From the NCBI RefSeq assembly GCF_009914755.1, contig NC_060925.1: 64,000 bases of DNA; one strand, given 5' to 3'. This stretch comes from the human T2T-CHM13v2.0 reference genome, Homo sapiens. Below the pieces are notes generated by a model. The model was given only the letters and a program-made list of their open reading frames with translations. It was not told the DNA's origin and did not search any database. Made by a program: the position numbers and the translations under genes. Shown here one piece after another: positions 1 to 13,655 of the stretch (within the stretch, counting starts at the first letter, position 1; each line of letters opens with the position of its first letter).

Positions 1-161
1 CTTCGGCTCGCCCTCTGTGGGCTGCACCCACTTTCTGACCAGTCCCAATGAGATGAACCAGGTACCTCAGTTGGAAATGCAGAAATCACCCATCTTCTGC
101 TTTGATCACGCTGGGAGCTGCAGACCAGCTGTTCCTATTCAGCCATCTTGGAACCACCTCC
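1..161 (-). mobile_element. 5' end (5'UTR) of an L1PA LINE-1 that continues off the left edge
   Basis: Reverse complement reads GGAGGTGGTTCCAAGATGGCTGAATAGGAACAGCT..., the L1 5' terminus with a YY1-type CAAGATGG site. It is homologous to 49745-49850 in this window. Confidence 0.9.
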
Positions 162-518
162 GAAACTGGAGTATTTATATTTGCATTGCAGATGTGTGCA
201 TTTACACAACCTAAGTTGTAAAATTAAACAATCAAATTAAAATAACTTGACTATTAAACTACATTATGTGACTCTGTTAAGTGAAAAGCTTTTTGGCTTA
301 AAATGTTTACATGATTAAACATTATCCATAGAAAAAAGGCCAAACAGTAATTAATCAATAATATGCAGAAAATTTTATTTGAATGAAAGTTTATTGTGTT
401 TTCCATATAAATTATTTTTAATAGAAGAAGAGTTTTTGATAATCATATTTTAAACCATTCTCACTTAATATAGGGTATAAATACCAGCAAAAGAAAAATG
501 TTTATGATACTTATGAAT

Positions 519-660
519 TAGGGTGATATCTGAAATTTTACCAACTGCTACTATGTAAATACCAAGCAATGAGACAATAGTACTGACCAATCAGAATGGA
601 TGCTGGTGTACAAAATCCAGAATAGCCACATTAGTGCATAATTCCTGAACATTTGCCCTG
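519..660. mobile_element. Possible old non-autonomous hAT-type DNA transposon relic
   Basis: Ends TAGGGTGATAT.../...TTTGCCCTG resemble degenerate terminal inverted repeats (TIRs); internal GACCAATCAGAA. Family not certain. Confidence 0.3.
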
Positions 661-2356
661 CATATTGATTTAGAACACAACGGTATCAACATGTATATTC
701 ATATTTTGCCTAAGCTATCATTCCAAAACATTTGCAGGAATATTATAAAGTTTGTTAGTTTCTATTGGTACATGTTTTATAGAGCCAGAAGAAAAAATTT
801 AAATGTCAAAGTAGTCAAATTTATCGCATGTAAGGAATGTAGTAAAATTTGAGAGCTTACTCAACAGATTCTTTCTTATCTAATTATCATTACTCTGTTT
901 TAATTGAAAGTTACACAAATGTCAGACATTAAACGTAAGACAAATGTCAAATGGGATCCCACACCTGTACAGTAACATCCCAGGCATCTGCCTATATTTT
1001 AGCTGATCATTAGCAATTAGTAGCATTTATCTGTCCATTTAATTGTTCTCCCGATCTTTCCCAGATGATTTTTTTAGTTCCCTCAATGCATTGGCCCAGA
1101 GTTAAAATTCTATTGGTTTTTCATCATGCAACCATTTCATTAGGCTTTTAGCCTGGCTGAGCCCATTAAAATCACTGCTGCACACTTGGCCTGTGTTTAC
1201 CCATGTGAGGTGAAGTGGAGCACGAGGCAACCACTCATAATTCAGGCCTAAGAAACTCTTTTGCCTGAAAGATTTAAATAGTTGAGACTAAGGGTTGTCT
1301 CTGCTTGAATTATAAGTATTATTTCAGTTTTCCTCTTCAGTTTAAGTAAAGCATTCTGAGCCCACATGTACATGTTGGATTATCTATCTCAGCAAGAACT
1401 GTTTTCTAGAGCTGTTGTAAAAGGAAGAAAACACGAAGTCCTTTCTTGGTTCTTAACATGTCTCTGTATTGAGCCTTTCTTGACCAGTCAATCAGATAAG
1501 GTAAGGGAGTCTTCCATAGATTCAGTACATCAGTCTATTAGGATGGGGAAGAGGAGCAGATGCTCCAGGCCTGCGATTCTAACCTAAAGCCCCCTGATCC
1601 CAGCCCATGTTCCTATGACTATCCTGCACTGCCTTTATGACCAGTGCTAAAAGAGTAAGAAAGCTGAGGTAGTTTTGGTTCATGGAGAACTTGGTACTCT
1701 TGGTCCAATTTCGCAGCAGCAGCAAAAGCTTCCTTTCCAAGTATAGTGCTGTCTGAGCACACAGTACTGAAAACCTTTCTGCATCATTGCCAGGATGAGA
1801 ATCAGCCTGAAAGTGTCATAATCAGTTACTGGTAAGTAGTGCAATGTGTCATGGCAGCATAATAGAATGCCAAGTAAGGACAAATGTCTAGAATAAGAAG
1901 CAAACTCTTCCAATAAATAGTGCCCATAATTAAATTATCAGACAAAAATCAATCATGCAGAAATGACTTTAAAATATAACTGCATTACCTTCCATTTGTA
2001 GTCTACATGGACTGACTAAGCCACAACCATATACGTTCATTCATGCCCATATCACCATGGTTTCTACTTGCCAGCATCTATCACATAGATGCTTTGGGGA
2101 TGAGACAGTTTTGGCACCTACAGAGTATAATAGTACCTTACACATTTAAGCAGCAACATATCAATTTCAATTTTCTTTTGCTTTAATCAAGACTTTTATA
2201 CAAAATGAACAGTAGTTTATAGTTTTGAGAAGTGAATATACATTTATTTATACATGCTAAATATTAGATGATTTTTTACCTCATTAACCAGTGTGTGCAT
2301 GCATGTGTGTGTGTGTGCCCATGTGTATTTTTCTCCTAATATAGTTTTTTTTTCCC

Positions 2357-2615
2357 AATAACAATAGCTAACTTTAATAAGCCCTTCTTACATGCCAGGC
2401 ACTGAGTCTGAACACTTATAATAAACACTTATAGAAAAAGTGTTTATCTAAACAGATATTGTAACCAATTACTCCCCATACAACTCTATGTAGTATTAAT
2501 ACCTACATTTTACAACTAAGGAATTTGAATTTAGAGAAGATAAATAATGTGCCTGGGGTCCCTCAAGTAGGTGTTAGAGCTGGGAATGTAATTCAAGTAG
2601 TCTGGCTGCAACATG
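2357..2615 (-). mobile_element. MIR SINE
   Basis: AATAACAATAGCTAAC...ATGCCAGGCACTG...CATTTTACAACTAAGGAA...GAGCTGGGA matches the antisense MIR core. Confidence 0.7.
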
Positions 2616-3507
2616 CATTGGTTAAGTGTTTTATATAATACTGTTAAACATGTAGTCAGAGAAACAAATTTATCACGTGAACCTGATTTCCATTATGCTT
2701 TTCTTATGTAATTTTAATTTCCAGGTGAACTTTAATGGGAATGAAAAGACAAAAAGTTATTTTGTCTAATTTCATTTTCAAGTGACTTTCTAACTTCTAG
2801 AAAATATGAGGAAAGCCAGGTTATATGATTTATTAAAATTACTCTTTAGTATTTGACTATAATTTTACATTTCAAAACATTTAAAGAAGTTTTAGTGTGG
2901 CATATCAATTTCAGTTCATAAAAACTGATGCAAAAATCAGCAAACTGCAGTTTCATTCTGTGTTGACCACGCATAATGTACTGCTTGTTCCCTGGCTTCA
3001 GATCTTTCATGAAGATACTTGCTTGGCAGCAATCAAACAGTTTTAGTCAGGTCATAGTAGATCTGTAACAAGTTTTAAAATATTTTCTAGGATGTTATAT
3101 AATGATGATTTTTTAAATCTCAGGGACTAACAATTTATATTAGTTACAAAAATACAATTCTTCCCTGCTCCTCCCACCCACCAACAAAAATGTGGACTCC
3201 ACCAACCTAAACTGCCTAAGCATTAATTTGGAAATTTTATGGTTGTAATTACCTGTTTCTACCTCTGGATGATGCCTTTATTCTAAAACACTTAGGGAAG
3301 TTCTATTGTATCAAGCAATTAGGCCAAGGAGGGGGCAATGTGGTGTATACTGCTTCTCCCCTCCCCTAGGCACTTCTGATGAATCCAGCATGGTCTTTCT
3401 GATAAGCTTGGACACAGTGCAAGGCAGCTTTTCAGGAAGCTACTAATAATCAATTAGAATTGGGAAGTGAGTTGAAATTTTTTTATCTTCGCTATATTAA
3501 ACCAAGT

Positions 3508-3531
3508 CATCATCATCATCATCATCATCAT
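3508..3531 (+). repeat. (CAT)8 microsatellite
   Basis: Read directly. Confidence 0.95.
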
Positions 3532-5963
3532 CTTTAATTAAAAAATCTAAACAACAAAAAGCAAAATCAAAAATCTTTCCAGGAAATAGATCAAGGACAA
3601 AAGTCTAGGCTGTAACATCATCACCAATTGAGTAACGGCTCCAAGCTGCAAGTCTTTTACCATTTTCCTTTCTGAAAAGCTTTAAGTCTAGGTTTCTGAA
3701 AAGAACTCAGTCATACATTTCCTTCTAGACGGGATGATTGTGCAATTAAACTTAATAATTTTAAAGCCTTAGGAAATTTCTGCTTTGGGTTAGATTTTTT
3801 TGTTTACTTAGGTTGTTAACTGCAAGTCTGTTGAAGGCAGAGGTCACACTCTTCATAACTGTCCTCCATTACATATTATTATTTGCAGTTAATAATTATT
3901 TAATATAAATTTTTGAGTAAATGATTCTCTAATCATTAACATATTTCTTGACTACTTTTAAAGGGCTTTTCTTTCTGTAAAGATCCTTGCTGAGATGTAA
4001 ATAAATGTAAGTGTGCACATCAGGTTTATGAATGAACCAGTATCAATGGGGTCTATGTCTCTCTAAGCTTGACCTTCCCTGCCAGTAACGATGCCTAGAG
4101 CAGGTGACAAAATCTTGCACATTTATTTATTACCTAACAATCTCATATTCAATCTTAGATAGTCCAATCTAGTTGTCAGATTGAAATGTCAAATTTTTAA
4201 TCTCTCATCCACTTTTATTTCAGTGACTTGATGGTAATTTTTATTTTTAATGTTTGAGTTAGTCAAGAAACCTGTTACAAAATGGGTTTGAAAATCACTT
4301 AATGACTCACATGTGGCAGGTTAGCGATTGATCCATTCAGTTAAAATGCTGAAACATCTTGAATATAACCTAAGATTTTATATTGTATTTTCAATGCAGT
4401 ACTACAATGTCTTCTCATTTTTCTTTGCTCTTCTTGATTTAATTATTTCAAAAAATGTATTAGAGAGGGAGGTCTTTTACCAATTTTAGCAAATCAGCAT
4501 CTACCTGTCATAGTTTTATAACCTCAAGAACACTATTATCTTTATTTTCTGTCTTAGAAACAATTATCTAGAGAATATGAATATGAGAAGAGCTCATTGG
4601 TTGTTGTGGTTAATTTATACTCTAGAGTTTTTTTTTTTCTATTTTTAAAACTTTAATTTACTTCAAACTTTTGGGTCTTCATCCTGGTTGTTGAAACAAT
4701 TATGATAAGAAATGAGAAAACAAATCTACTATCATTATAGTAAACGTTTGACTTGGGTCTTCCTTCTGTTACCATGGATCGTTCTTCCAAATCTCTCTTT
4801 TCTTGACATGATTATTTATTTCTTCATAAGTCTCCAAGGATCATAAGACATTCTCTCTGGGAGAAAACAAAAATGTCTTATAGGGAAAAAGTGGAGGAAA
4901 ATCGATGTTTTTCTCTACATTTTTGGAAGTCAATGGGATGACTGCCCTCGTTCTGGCTGTTGATTCATATTTTACAGTAAGCATAGCCCTCTCCTACAGA
5001 ATTGTCATGAATTACAGGACACACTACAGGTTTGGATTCTCCTTTTCCCCTCAACTCAACCCTTACCCAGGCCATTTTCCTTAGAGTGCAGGCCATGTCC
5101 ATATTGTAAAAACAATAGTGAAGAAGGGAATTGTTTTCTTCTCTCTTCCTTCTCTATCTCCACTCCTGCTTGAGAATTTCCTAGGTGTGTAACAAGGGCA
5201 ATCATTTGTAGCAGATGCTGTTATGTTCTGGTAATGGGAACCTTGGGGTGGCTGATCCCTACATGTTTGTTTTTTCCTCTAGGGAAACTTTCATGAGTGT
5301 TACAAAGATCAGCCCCATTTATCCCCTTTAGAAGGCTTTGCAGTGCCAGCCCAGATAACCAACACAGTCTCTTGCTATCTCTATCACTTTCGCCTCCATT
5401 TTCTTTCTGACTGTGTGTCCCACACAAACTAGTTCTGCTGAGTACAGCCTCCTTGGTTGGGTCTTTTCCAAGATTACTCACATGTGCATATCTTCTGTGG
5501 TTTCTATAGCAGCCTAGAGGAAATATGGTCCCTTTCCATAGACGTGCAGCTGGCTTCACTGCCATCCATCGGTCATCACAGCAAGTATTACAACCTCTCT
5601 CCTTTACATTTTTCCAGTCATGTGTCAGCCACCACACTTTGTGATCCACAAACTCTTGAAGTTTTTCTCCTGTGACTCAAGGGGAAAAGAGTTCCTCTCC
5701 GATTTAAGAAAAACAAAACAAACTTTAATTCTAGATTCAGGGATCCTCTCCTCATTTCCAGGGAAAAATATAGGAGCATCACATAACTCTGATGATTCTG
5801 TTCAAGGAAATTTTTACTCCTACTCTTATCTCTTCTGATAAACCTTGCCTTATCCTTTATATAAGGTGCAGAGGGATGAGAAGTTATGGTGACAGATTAT
5901 TTCTGTGTTATATTCTTAAACAGTATGGCACAGAAAGCCTAACTGTTATTTTTAAAAGGGTGA

Positions 5964-6465
5964 GTGTGTTAGGGTTCTCTTAGCCCTAACACAGAGAAAG
6001 GAAAACAATAGCATGTATGTGTATAATTTATTATGAATATTGATTCACATGATTATAGATTCCAAGGCATTCCACAATCTGCCATCTGCATGCTGGAGAA
6101 CAAGAAAAGATGGTGGTGTAACTCAGTTTGAATCTAAAGGCGTGAGACCCAGGAGGGACCTCTGGTATAAGTCCCAGAGTCCAAAGACCCAAGAACCAGT
6201 AGCTCTGATGTCTAACAGCAGGAGAAGATAAATGTGCTAGCTCAAGAAGAGATAGCAAATTCACTCTTCCTCTGCCCTTGTGTTCTATTCAGACCCTCAA
6301 GGGATTGGATGATGCCCACCCACACTGGTGAGTTCCATCTTTATTCAGTCTGACCAATGGGATGCTAATCTCTTTCAGAAACAGATACACACAGAAATAA
6401 TGGTTTACCTGCTCTCTGGAGATTCTGTATCTAAGTTAAATTAACACATACAATCAATAATTATA
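5964..6465 (-). mobile_element. MLT2-type (ERVL) solo LTR, older MLT2B/C-like
   Basis: Minus strand carries GTGGGTGGGCATCATCCAATCCCTTGAGGGTCTGAATAGAAC...GCAGATGGCAGATTGTGG...AATAAA, typical of MLT2 LTRs. Confidence 0.75.
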
Positions 6466-9400
6466 TTGGATATTTGAAATCCATTTTCTTGTTTTGAGAC
6501 CTGAGATAAAATGACAAATCGAGAAAAATACCTGTTTGGCATCTTGCTACCTAAGCAGCGAGACAAATCCAAACAAGTAGAAAAATGTTAAGCCTAATGA
6601 GAGTACTCCAAATCAGCACTGCTTTTTTTTTTTGTTTCTAATATCAATTAGCAAACCATAATCCAATCCTCATTTGAGTGCATAAAGAACCAGATAGGAA
6701 GTGTGAAAGGAAAATCAGAGGTAACAAATATCTAATCTATATTTGTTTTGTAGGTAAAACTTTTGCCAAATGGGTTTACATTCACTATATATAGCCAGGC
6801 AAAAATGAAAAGATGAAGTCTCAGAAAATTAAGTAAGTTGCCCATATCTAAAGATATGTATTAAGTAATCTAAAAATGGACACAAACTTTTCACTTTTCA
6901 TATACTCCAATACACATATAATTGTAATCAGAGCAAGCCTTGCAACTTATTCAGAATGAGCCTTATACAACTTATTCAGAATATTAATATGCTTCTTGTG
7001 GTGGCTGTATTTAATTGTGTGAAGTGTAAACATTTTTACTAATAAAACATTGATGATAGAAAAGCACAGTATTTTCTACATGATTGTTTACTGTGGCTTA
7101 CTGAGTGCAGGTGAAAAGTGGGCATCATTATAAGAGGAAAGGAGGAGGTTAGGTTAAAAGAAGACTACTGGAGCTTTGGCTTTGGTGAAATAATCTTGAG
7201 TGTTTCAAAACAGTCTATTAGGAGTTTTCAATGTAAAGGCAAAGTGTTCCTCTAAGACATAACAAAGCAACTTAGATACATGAATTTTAAAGAGTACCTT
7301 TGTATTTTTGTATATAGACATAAATAGGCACTATATAGTGTTTGTTCAGTTTTCTTTATTATAGGAAAGTATATATAACTTTTTATATGAATAATTTCAA
7401 ACACATACACATTAAACAGAATAATATAACAAACCTCTATGTACCCATTACCCTGCTTTAATAAATCATCAATGTTTCTTCCAATTTTATTTTATCTATA
7501 CCTTCCTATACTTCCAAACTTCTCACTTGATTATTTTACATTCATTGACATTCAATGTACTTCAAATATTGATACATCAACGTGATCCATATACTAAATT
7601 ATTAATGTTTTTAAGAAGAAATTTTTAGTATAAATAGTAGTTAATAAGCTTTAGACTGGCTTGCAATTCTGTTTCAACTTCTGTGAGCAAATCAAGACGC
7701 TTATTTGATGCCTGGACAATAAATTTAATAAACTTATTGTTTGCAGGCCATTTTGAATGTTGACTGAGACTGTCAGAAGTAACAAATATTCTTCTTTATA
7801 TAGCTCTGTGCCGAGTAGGCTTAAACAGCCTCTGCCGCTATAATGCAATGTAATTATAAGACATGATTACAACTGATTATAATCAATCAGCATAGTCTTA
7901 TGTGTAATTTATATTGCTGCAGCTGTGGTTAGATTAAATCATCACATAAGATACAATTTCCACTAGATACGTGAAATTATTTGAACAAACCCAAATACAA
8001 TAAACCCATAATACCATAAATGCACAGTAAATTTTGCCAATTGCGTAATACTTTAGGACTCTGTTTATCACAAAATAAGTTTTCCTCCTACAGAGTTTAG
8101 TCCTTATTTGAAAGACAAAACTGTTGTTTCGCCACGGTTGGCAGATATGATTTCTGTCTGCTAGTTCTGCCCCTGCTAATATTTTATGTGCAATACATAG
8201 GGAGATTGTTGTTATATTTGAAAAGAAGTCCACAAAGATTATGTAGCTAGGTCCCTCCTGACCTCAGTTGAAGATGAAACAGAAGAAGGTTTCTAAATTT
8301 CATTTCAATCTCTAATGCAATCATTTCAATCCTGGCCTTACAGATGAAACTCAGATTCACCAAACATATATTTGTGGAGACTAAGAGGAGTGAGCAATTA
8401 TTTTCAGTCCTAATCTCAATCCACTCACACTATATAGGTGGACCTATTACAAAATAAAGGATATAACTCTAGATACTTTAAACCTATAACAAGTAGAAAG
8501 AGAAAAGTGGCTTATAGAGTGCTTGGCAGAGAACAGGGTAAAGCTGGGACCTTTTTACATCTTAAGGTACCATTAATTCTAATCACACATAGATGAAAAA
8601 TGAAAAATCCTTGCCCTTCTTCCAGTATGGGGCTGGTGTGAGGATCAAAAGATCTAATTCATATAAGTTCTCTGAACTCAATTAAAAAGTATTAACACCA
8701 TTCTTAAATGATCTACTGTTTTGTTATAATTGATTTCATTTTGATCCTTGAGCCAAATGATGCAAAAATAACAAAGCATATTAAAATTTCAGCAGAGGTT
8801 TTTTTTCTATGTAACTTCTCTTCTAGGAACAATACCACTAACATAACACCGTCCACTTTTCGTTCACTCTCTGGAAAGGATTTTTATGTATATAGTAATT
8901 TAATCAAGTAACCTGAAAGTGTAAGAAGAGTAGTTTTGGCAGCCCACAGTTACAGCTGTTTGGCTGAAATACAAGTTCACTACCAAATAAGAAAACATGT
9001 TTTAATAACTTAAAGTCTGAAAAATACTCGTTCAGCTTTCAATGTTAAAATCCTGCAATATTTTGTGCAGACTCACAAAGCATTATTAAACTCAAATTAA
9101 ATACTCAACTATTTTTTTCTTTTAAATTCTTGTCATTAAAACATTAACTTTAGCTATCAGAAGAGGTTAGAGGCTATACCACAGAAAATTTACAGCAGTC
9201 AGCTCTCCCTTGAGTGTTAATGGTTTCTAATGCATATTTAAGATGTTTGTGTTTTTTAATGTTTGAAAAGGAACAGCTTTTTCTTCTGCACTAATAAAGT
9301 ATCAGCTTTCTCTGAAGATAAAACTTCTTAGTCTTTAAAAAGAATAGTGATATTGATTTGGGTACTGATTACATTTTAAAAAGCAGAAAAATAAGTCTCA

Positions 9401-10069
9401 CTGTTGAGATTCTTATTTAAAATCAAACTCATGAACTATTGATATATCCCTAGGTGAACACTAAGTTTATATGAATGAAGAAGATTGGTGGGAACAACAC
9501 ACAGATAGTAAATACAGAGCCTGTAGAGGCCATCTGCCAGTAGATATTAAAAAATTACCTGCATTTTCATAAATATTTGATCTTTGCCTACTTCATAGCA
9601 CCATTATGTTTCTTAAATAAAGAATACAAAATAATTCCATTCAAAGTCTAGACTATTTTATTAAGGTGAGCCTAATATATATTATTTTTCAGAAGTTTCT
9701 TGCCAAAACTTTTTCTTTGAAATGCAGGATCATAAAAATACTGGATCCAGCCTCTTTCTTCCTGGGTATAGTTATCTAAGAGAAGCTCATAATGTGACTA
9801 GGCACACAGGAGACAAGAACAAATGGTAGCAAGATCACCCATCAGCTGCAGTGGGTGCCGTGGACTTCTCCAGGTAGGGTTCCTTATAGGACCAGGCTTT
9901 GTAAGAATAAGGCCAGCATGTGGAAGCAGGTGTTGCAATCCAAGGCCAGTGGATAGATGTTTCCCTCCCTGACTGCTGTCAGGTCCTAGAAACTCCTTAT
10001 ATCCCACTGGGAACCATCTTAAGGAGGATGTGTGGCAAGAGTTAGAATCTGAGAGATTAAGAATTTTTA

Positions 10070-10116
10070 GGACAGGCATGGTGGCTCACACCTTTAATCC
10101 TAGCACTTTGGTAGGC
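10070..10116 (+). mobile_element. AluS 5' fragment, split by the THE1 insertion
   Basis: GGACAGGCATGGTGGCTCACACCTTTAATCCTAGCACTTTGGTAGGC = Alu nt ~1-47; the Alu resumes at 12397. Confidence 0.88.
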
Positions 10117-12396
10117 TATATTAGTCCGTCTTCGTGCTGCTAATAAAAACCTACCTGAGACAGGGCAATTTGTGAAAGGAAAAGGTTTAATTGGACTTAC
10201 AGTTCCACGTAGCTAGAGAAGCCTCACAATTATGGTGGAAGGCAAGGAGGAGCAAGTCATGTCTTACATGGATGGCAGCAGGCAAAGACAGAATGACAAA
10301 GATGCAAAAGCAGAAACCCTTGATAAAATCATCAGATCTCATGAGATTTACTCACTACCATGAGAACAGTATGGGGAAAACTGTTTCCATGATTCAATTA
10401 TCTCTCACCACGTCCCTCTCACAACATGTGAGAATTATGGGAATACAATTCAAGGTGAGATTTGGGTGGGGACACACAGCCAAACCATATCATTCTGCCC
10501 CTGGACCCTACCAAATCTCATGTCCTCACATTTCAAAACCAATCATGCCTTCCCAACAGTCCCCCAAAATCTTAACTCATTTCAGCATTAGCTCAAAAGT
10601 CCACAGTCCAAAGTCTCATCTGAGACAAGCCAAGTCCCTTCCACCTATGATCCTGTAAAATCAAAAGCAAGCTAGTTATTTCTTAGCTACAATGCAGGTA
10701 CAGACATTGGGTAAATACAACCATTCCAAAAGAGAGAAATTGGCCAAAACGAAGGGGCTACAAGGCCCATGCCAGTCCAAAATCCAGCAGGGCAGTCAAA
10801 TCTTAAAGCTCCAAAATGATCTCTGTTGTCTCCATGTCTCACATCCGGGTCACACTGATGCAAGAGGTGGGTTCCCATGGTCTTGGGCAGCTCTGCCCCT
10901 GTGGCTTTGCAGGGTACAGCCTCCCTTCTGTCTGCTTTCATGGGCTGGTGTTTAGTGTTTGCAGCTTTTCCAGGCACATGGTGCAAACTGTTGGTGGATC
11001 TATCATTCTGGGGTCTGCAGGATGGTAGCCATCTTCTCACAGCTCCACTAGGTGGTGCCCCAATAGGGACTCTGTGTGGGGGCTTCCACCCCACATTTTC
11101 CTTCTGCACTGCCCTAGCAGAGGTTTTCCATGAGAGCACTGCCACTGCAGCAAACTTCTGCCTGGACTTTCCAGGGATCTTCTGAAATATAGGAGGAGGT
11201 TCTCAAACTTCAATTCTTGACTTCTGTGTGCCCACAGGCTCAACACCAAGGCTTGGGGCTTGCACCATCTGAAGCCATGGCCCAAGTTCTGTGTTGGCCC
11301 TTTTCAGCCACAACTGCAGCAGGCTGCGATGCAGGGCACCAAGTCCCTAGGCTGCCCACAGCAGGGGGACCAGGGCCCAGCCTCCAGACTGGTGATAGGA
11401 GGGGCTGCTGTGAAGACCTTTGACATGCCCTACAGATATATTCCCCATTGTCTTGGGGATTAACATTCAGCTCCTCATTACTTATGCAAATTTCTGCAGC
11501 CAGCTTGAATTTCTGCTCAGAAAATAGGTTTTTCTTTTCTATTGCATTGTCAGGCTGCAAATTTTCCTAACTTTTATGCTCTGCTTCCCTTATAAAACAG
11601 AATGCCTTTAACAACACCCAAGTCACCTCTTGAATGCTTTGCTTAGAAATTTCTTCTACCAGATACCCTAAATCATCTCTCTCAAGTTCAAAGTTCCACA
11701 AATCTCTAGGGCAGAGGAAAATACTGCTAGTCTCTTTGCTAAAGCATAACAAGAGTCACCTTTGCTCCAGTTCCCAACAAGTTCCTCATCTCCAGCTGAG
11801 GCCACCTCAGCCTGGACTTTAATTTTATTGTCCATATTGTTATCAGCATTTTGGTCAAAGCCATTCAACAAGTCTCTAGGAAGTTCCAATCTTTCCCACA
11901 TTTTCCTGTCTTCTTCTGAGCCCTCCAATCTGTTCCAACCTCTGCCTGTTACCCGGTTCCAAAGTCGCTCCACACTTTTGGGTATATTTTCAGCAGCGCC
12001 CCACTCTATTGGTACCAATTTACTATATTAGTCTGTTTTCACACTGCTGATAAAGATATACCTGAGACTGGGCAATTTACAAAAGAAAGATGTTTAACTG
12101 GACTTACAGTTCCACATGGCTAGGGAAGCCTCATAATCATGGTGAAAGGCAAGGAGGAGTAAGTCACATCTTACATGGATGGCAGCAGGCAAAGAGAGAA
12201 TGAGAAAGATGCAAAAGCAGAAACCCCTAATAAAACCATCAGATCTCATGAGACTTACTACCATGAGAACAATGTGGGAGAAACTGCCTTATGATTCAAT
12301 TTTCTCCCACCAGGTTCCTCCCACAACATGTGGGCATTATGGGAGTACAATTCAAGATGAGATTTGGGGGTGGGAACACAGAACCAAACCATATCA
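10117..12396 (-). mobile_element. Full-length THE1 (ERVL-MaLR), THE1A-like; LTRs 10117-10492 and 12024-12396 with THE1-int between
   Basis: Two ~375-bp direct repeats ending CAAACCATATCA (= TGATATGGTTTG LTR start on minus). The internal region is homologous to 28817-30268. TGGTACCAATTTAC marks the LTR-int junction. Confidence 0.93.
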
Positions 12397-12664
12397 GTGG
12401 TCGAGGTGGGTGGATCACTTGAGGTCAGGAGTTCGAGACCAGTCTGGCCAACATGGTGAAACCATGTCTCTACTAAAAACACAAAAGTTAGCCAGGCGTG
12501 GTGGCACATGCCTGTAATCCCAGCTACTCAGGAGGCTGAGGCAAGAGAATTGGTTGAACCTGGGAGGCAGAAATTGCAATGAGCCCAGATCATACCACTG
12601 CACTCCATTCTGGGCACTAGAAGAAGACTCCGTATCAAAAAAAAAAAAAAAAAAAAAAAAAAAA
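12397..12664 (+). mobile_element. AluS (AluSz-like) 3' part with poly(A) tail
   Basis: GGATCACTTGAGGTCAGGAGTTCGAGACC..., A-rich linker, right monomer and A28 tail. Confidence 0.92.
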
Positions 12665-12747
12665 GCATTTTATCAGAATAGACTGAATCATCCAGGTTGA
12701 ATGGGGGCTAGGGAGATACCATTTACACCAACCCACCTTTCATTTCT

Positions 12748-13333
12748 TAGGGGAGATACCATTCATACCAACCCCCCTTTAGCTCTTACTGAACTCTTAA
12801 ACTGGATCTAGAAACCAAGGAGACACCAGGTAGATTAACAAGATAAAATTATACAAATTGTGTTAGTTTTATATGTACATGGGGATCTTCACAAGAGAGT
12901 AAAGTCTGAAGAAGTGGCCAAAGTAAGATGCTCTTATATTTTTTCAGACAAAGAGCAATAAATTTGAGAAGAAATAATAAGACAAAGAAAAACTGGTTAG
13001 GATGCTAAAATTTTATAGGGGATTCTCCAGGAGATATATTGGGTGGGGTGGGGGAGAGGGTAAAGCAGGTGGAAGATAAAGGTTGCCTAATTAAATATGT
13101 TCATTCAGGTCCATTGCAGCCATCAACTCCAAGTCTTTGGTGATAAGGGCTATTTTTCACTCTGGTATGGAGAGGGTATCCCTCCCAGGAGAATCTTTAT
13201 CATTTGCTGAATGCAGGAAGAAACGAATCGGTTTGCCCTTTCTGAAACTACAATTTATTCCAGTGTTTTCAACTCTAAATCATCAATATACTAATCTGGC
13301 AATATTTGGAGTGGCACATCTATCACCCCTTCA
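12748..13333 (-). mobile_element. ERV1 solo LTR, MER34-family-like
   Basis: Minus strand starts TGAAGGGGTGATAGATGTGCCACTCCAAATATTGCCAG...TTGATGATTTAGAGTTGAAAACA, like MER34/MER39-class LTRs; ~585 bp. Confidence 0.6.
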
Positions 13334-13655
13334 TTGTCCAGTCTCTGTTCCCCATTACCTGGGCAATACAAGAGGAAGTTTGTGTCATTTATAGAAAATA
13401 ACAAAGCAATATTTTTAGACATTCCTGGTCACATACATTACATTTCCTCAGTCTTGTTATCCTTCCCTAAAATATTTATTTTCCTACTTCCAAAACAGTA
13501 ATTGTACACTAGTTACTACTCTCTTAAACTTCTTTACTTCATCCTTTCCCTAACTACATTTCCAATTCCTCTTCCACCACTTATTTTGCCCCACTCTTAA
13601 CCCCATTATTCCTTCTGCTTCACTCAACAAATGTTTGTTGATTTTACTATTGTTT

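Noticed and set aside
5221-5649. 142-aa minus-strand ORF
   Set aside because: Non-ATG start, no recognisable domain, length compatible with chance.
6942-6981. CAACTTATTCAGAAT duplicated at 25-bp period (similar small duplication at ~60089-60111)
   Set aside because: Ordinary short slippage duplications with no further structure.
10191-12603. Dense overlapping ORFs on both strands
   Set aside because: All lie within decayed THE1/Alu sequence; there is no intact MaLR ORF and no host gene signature.
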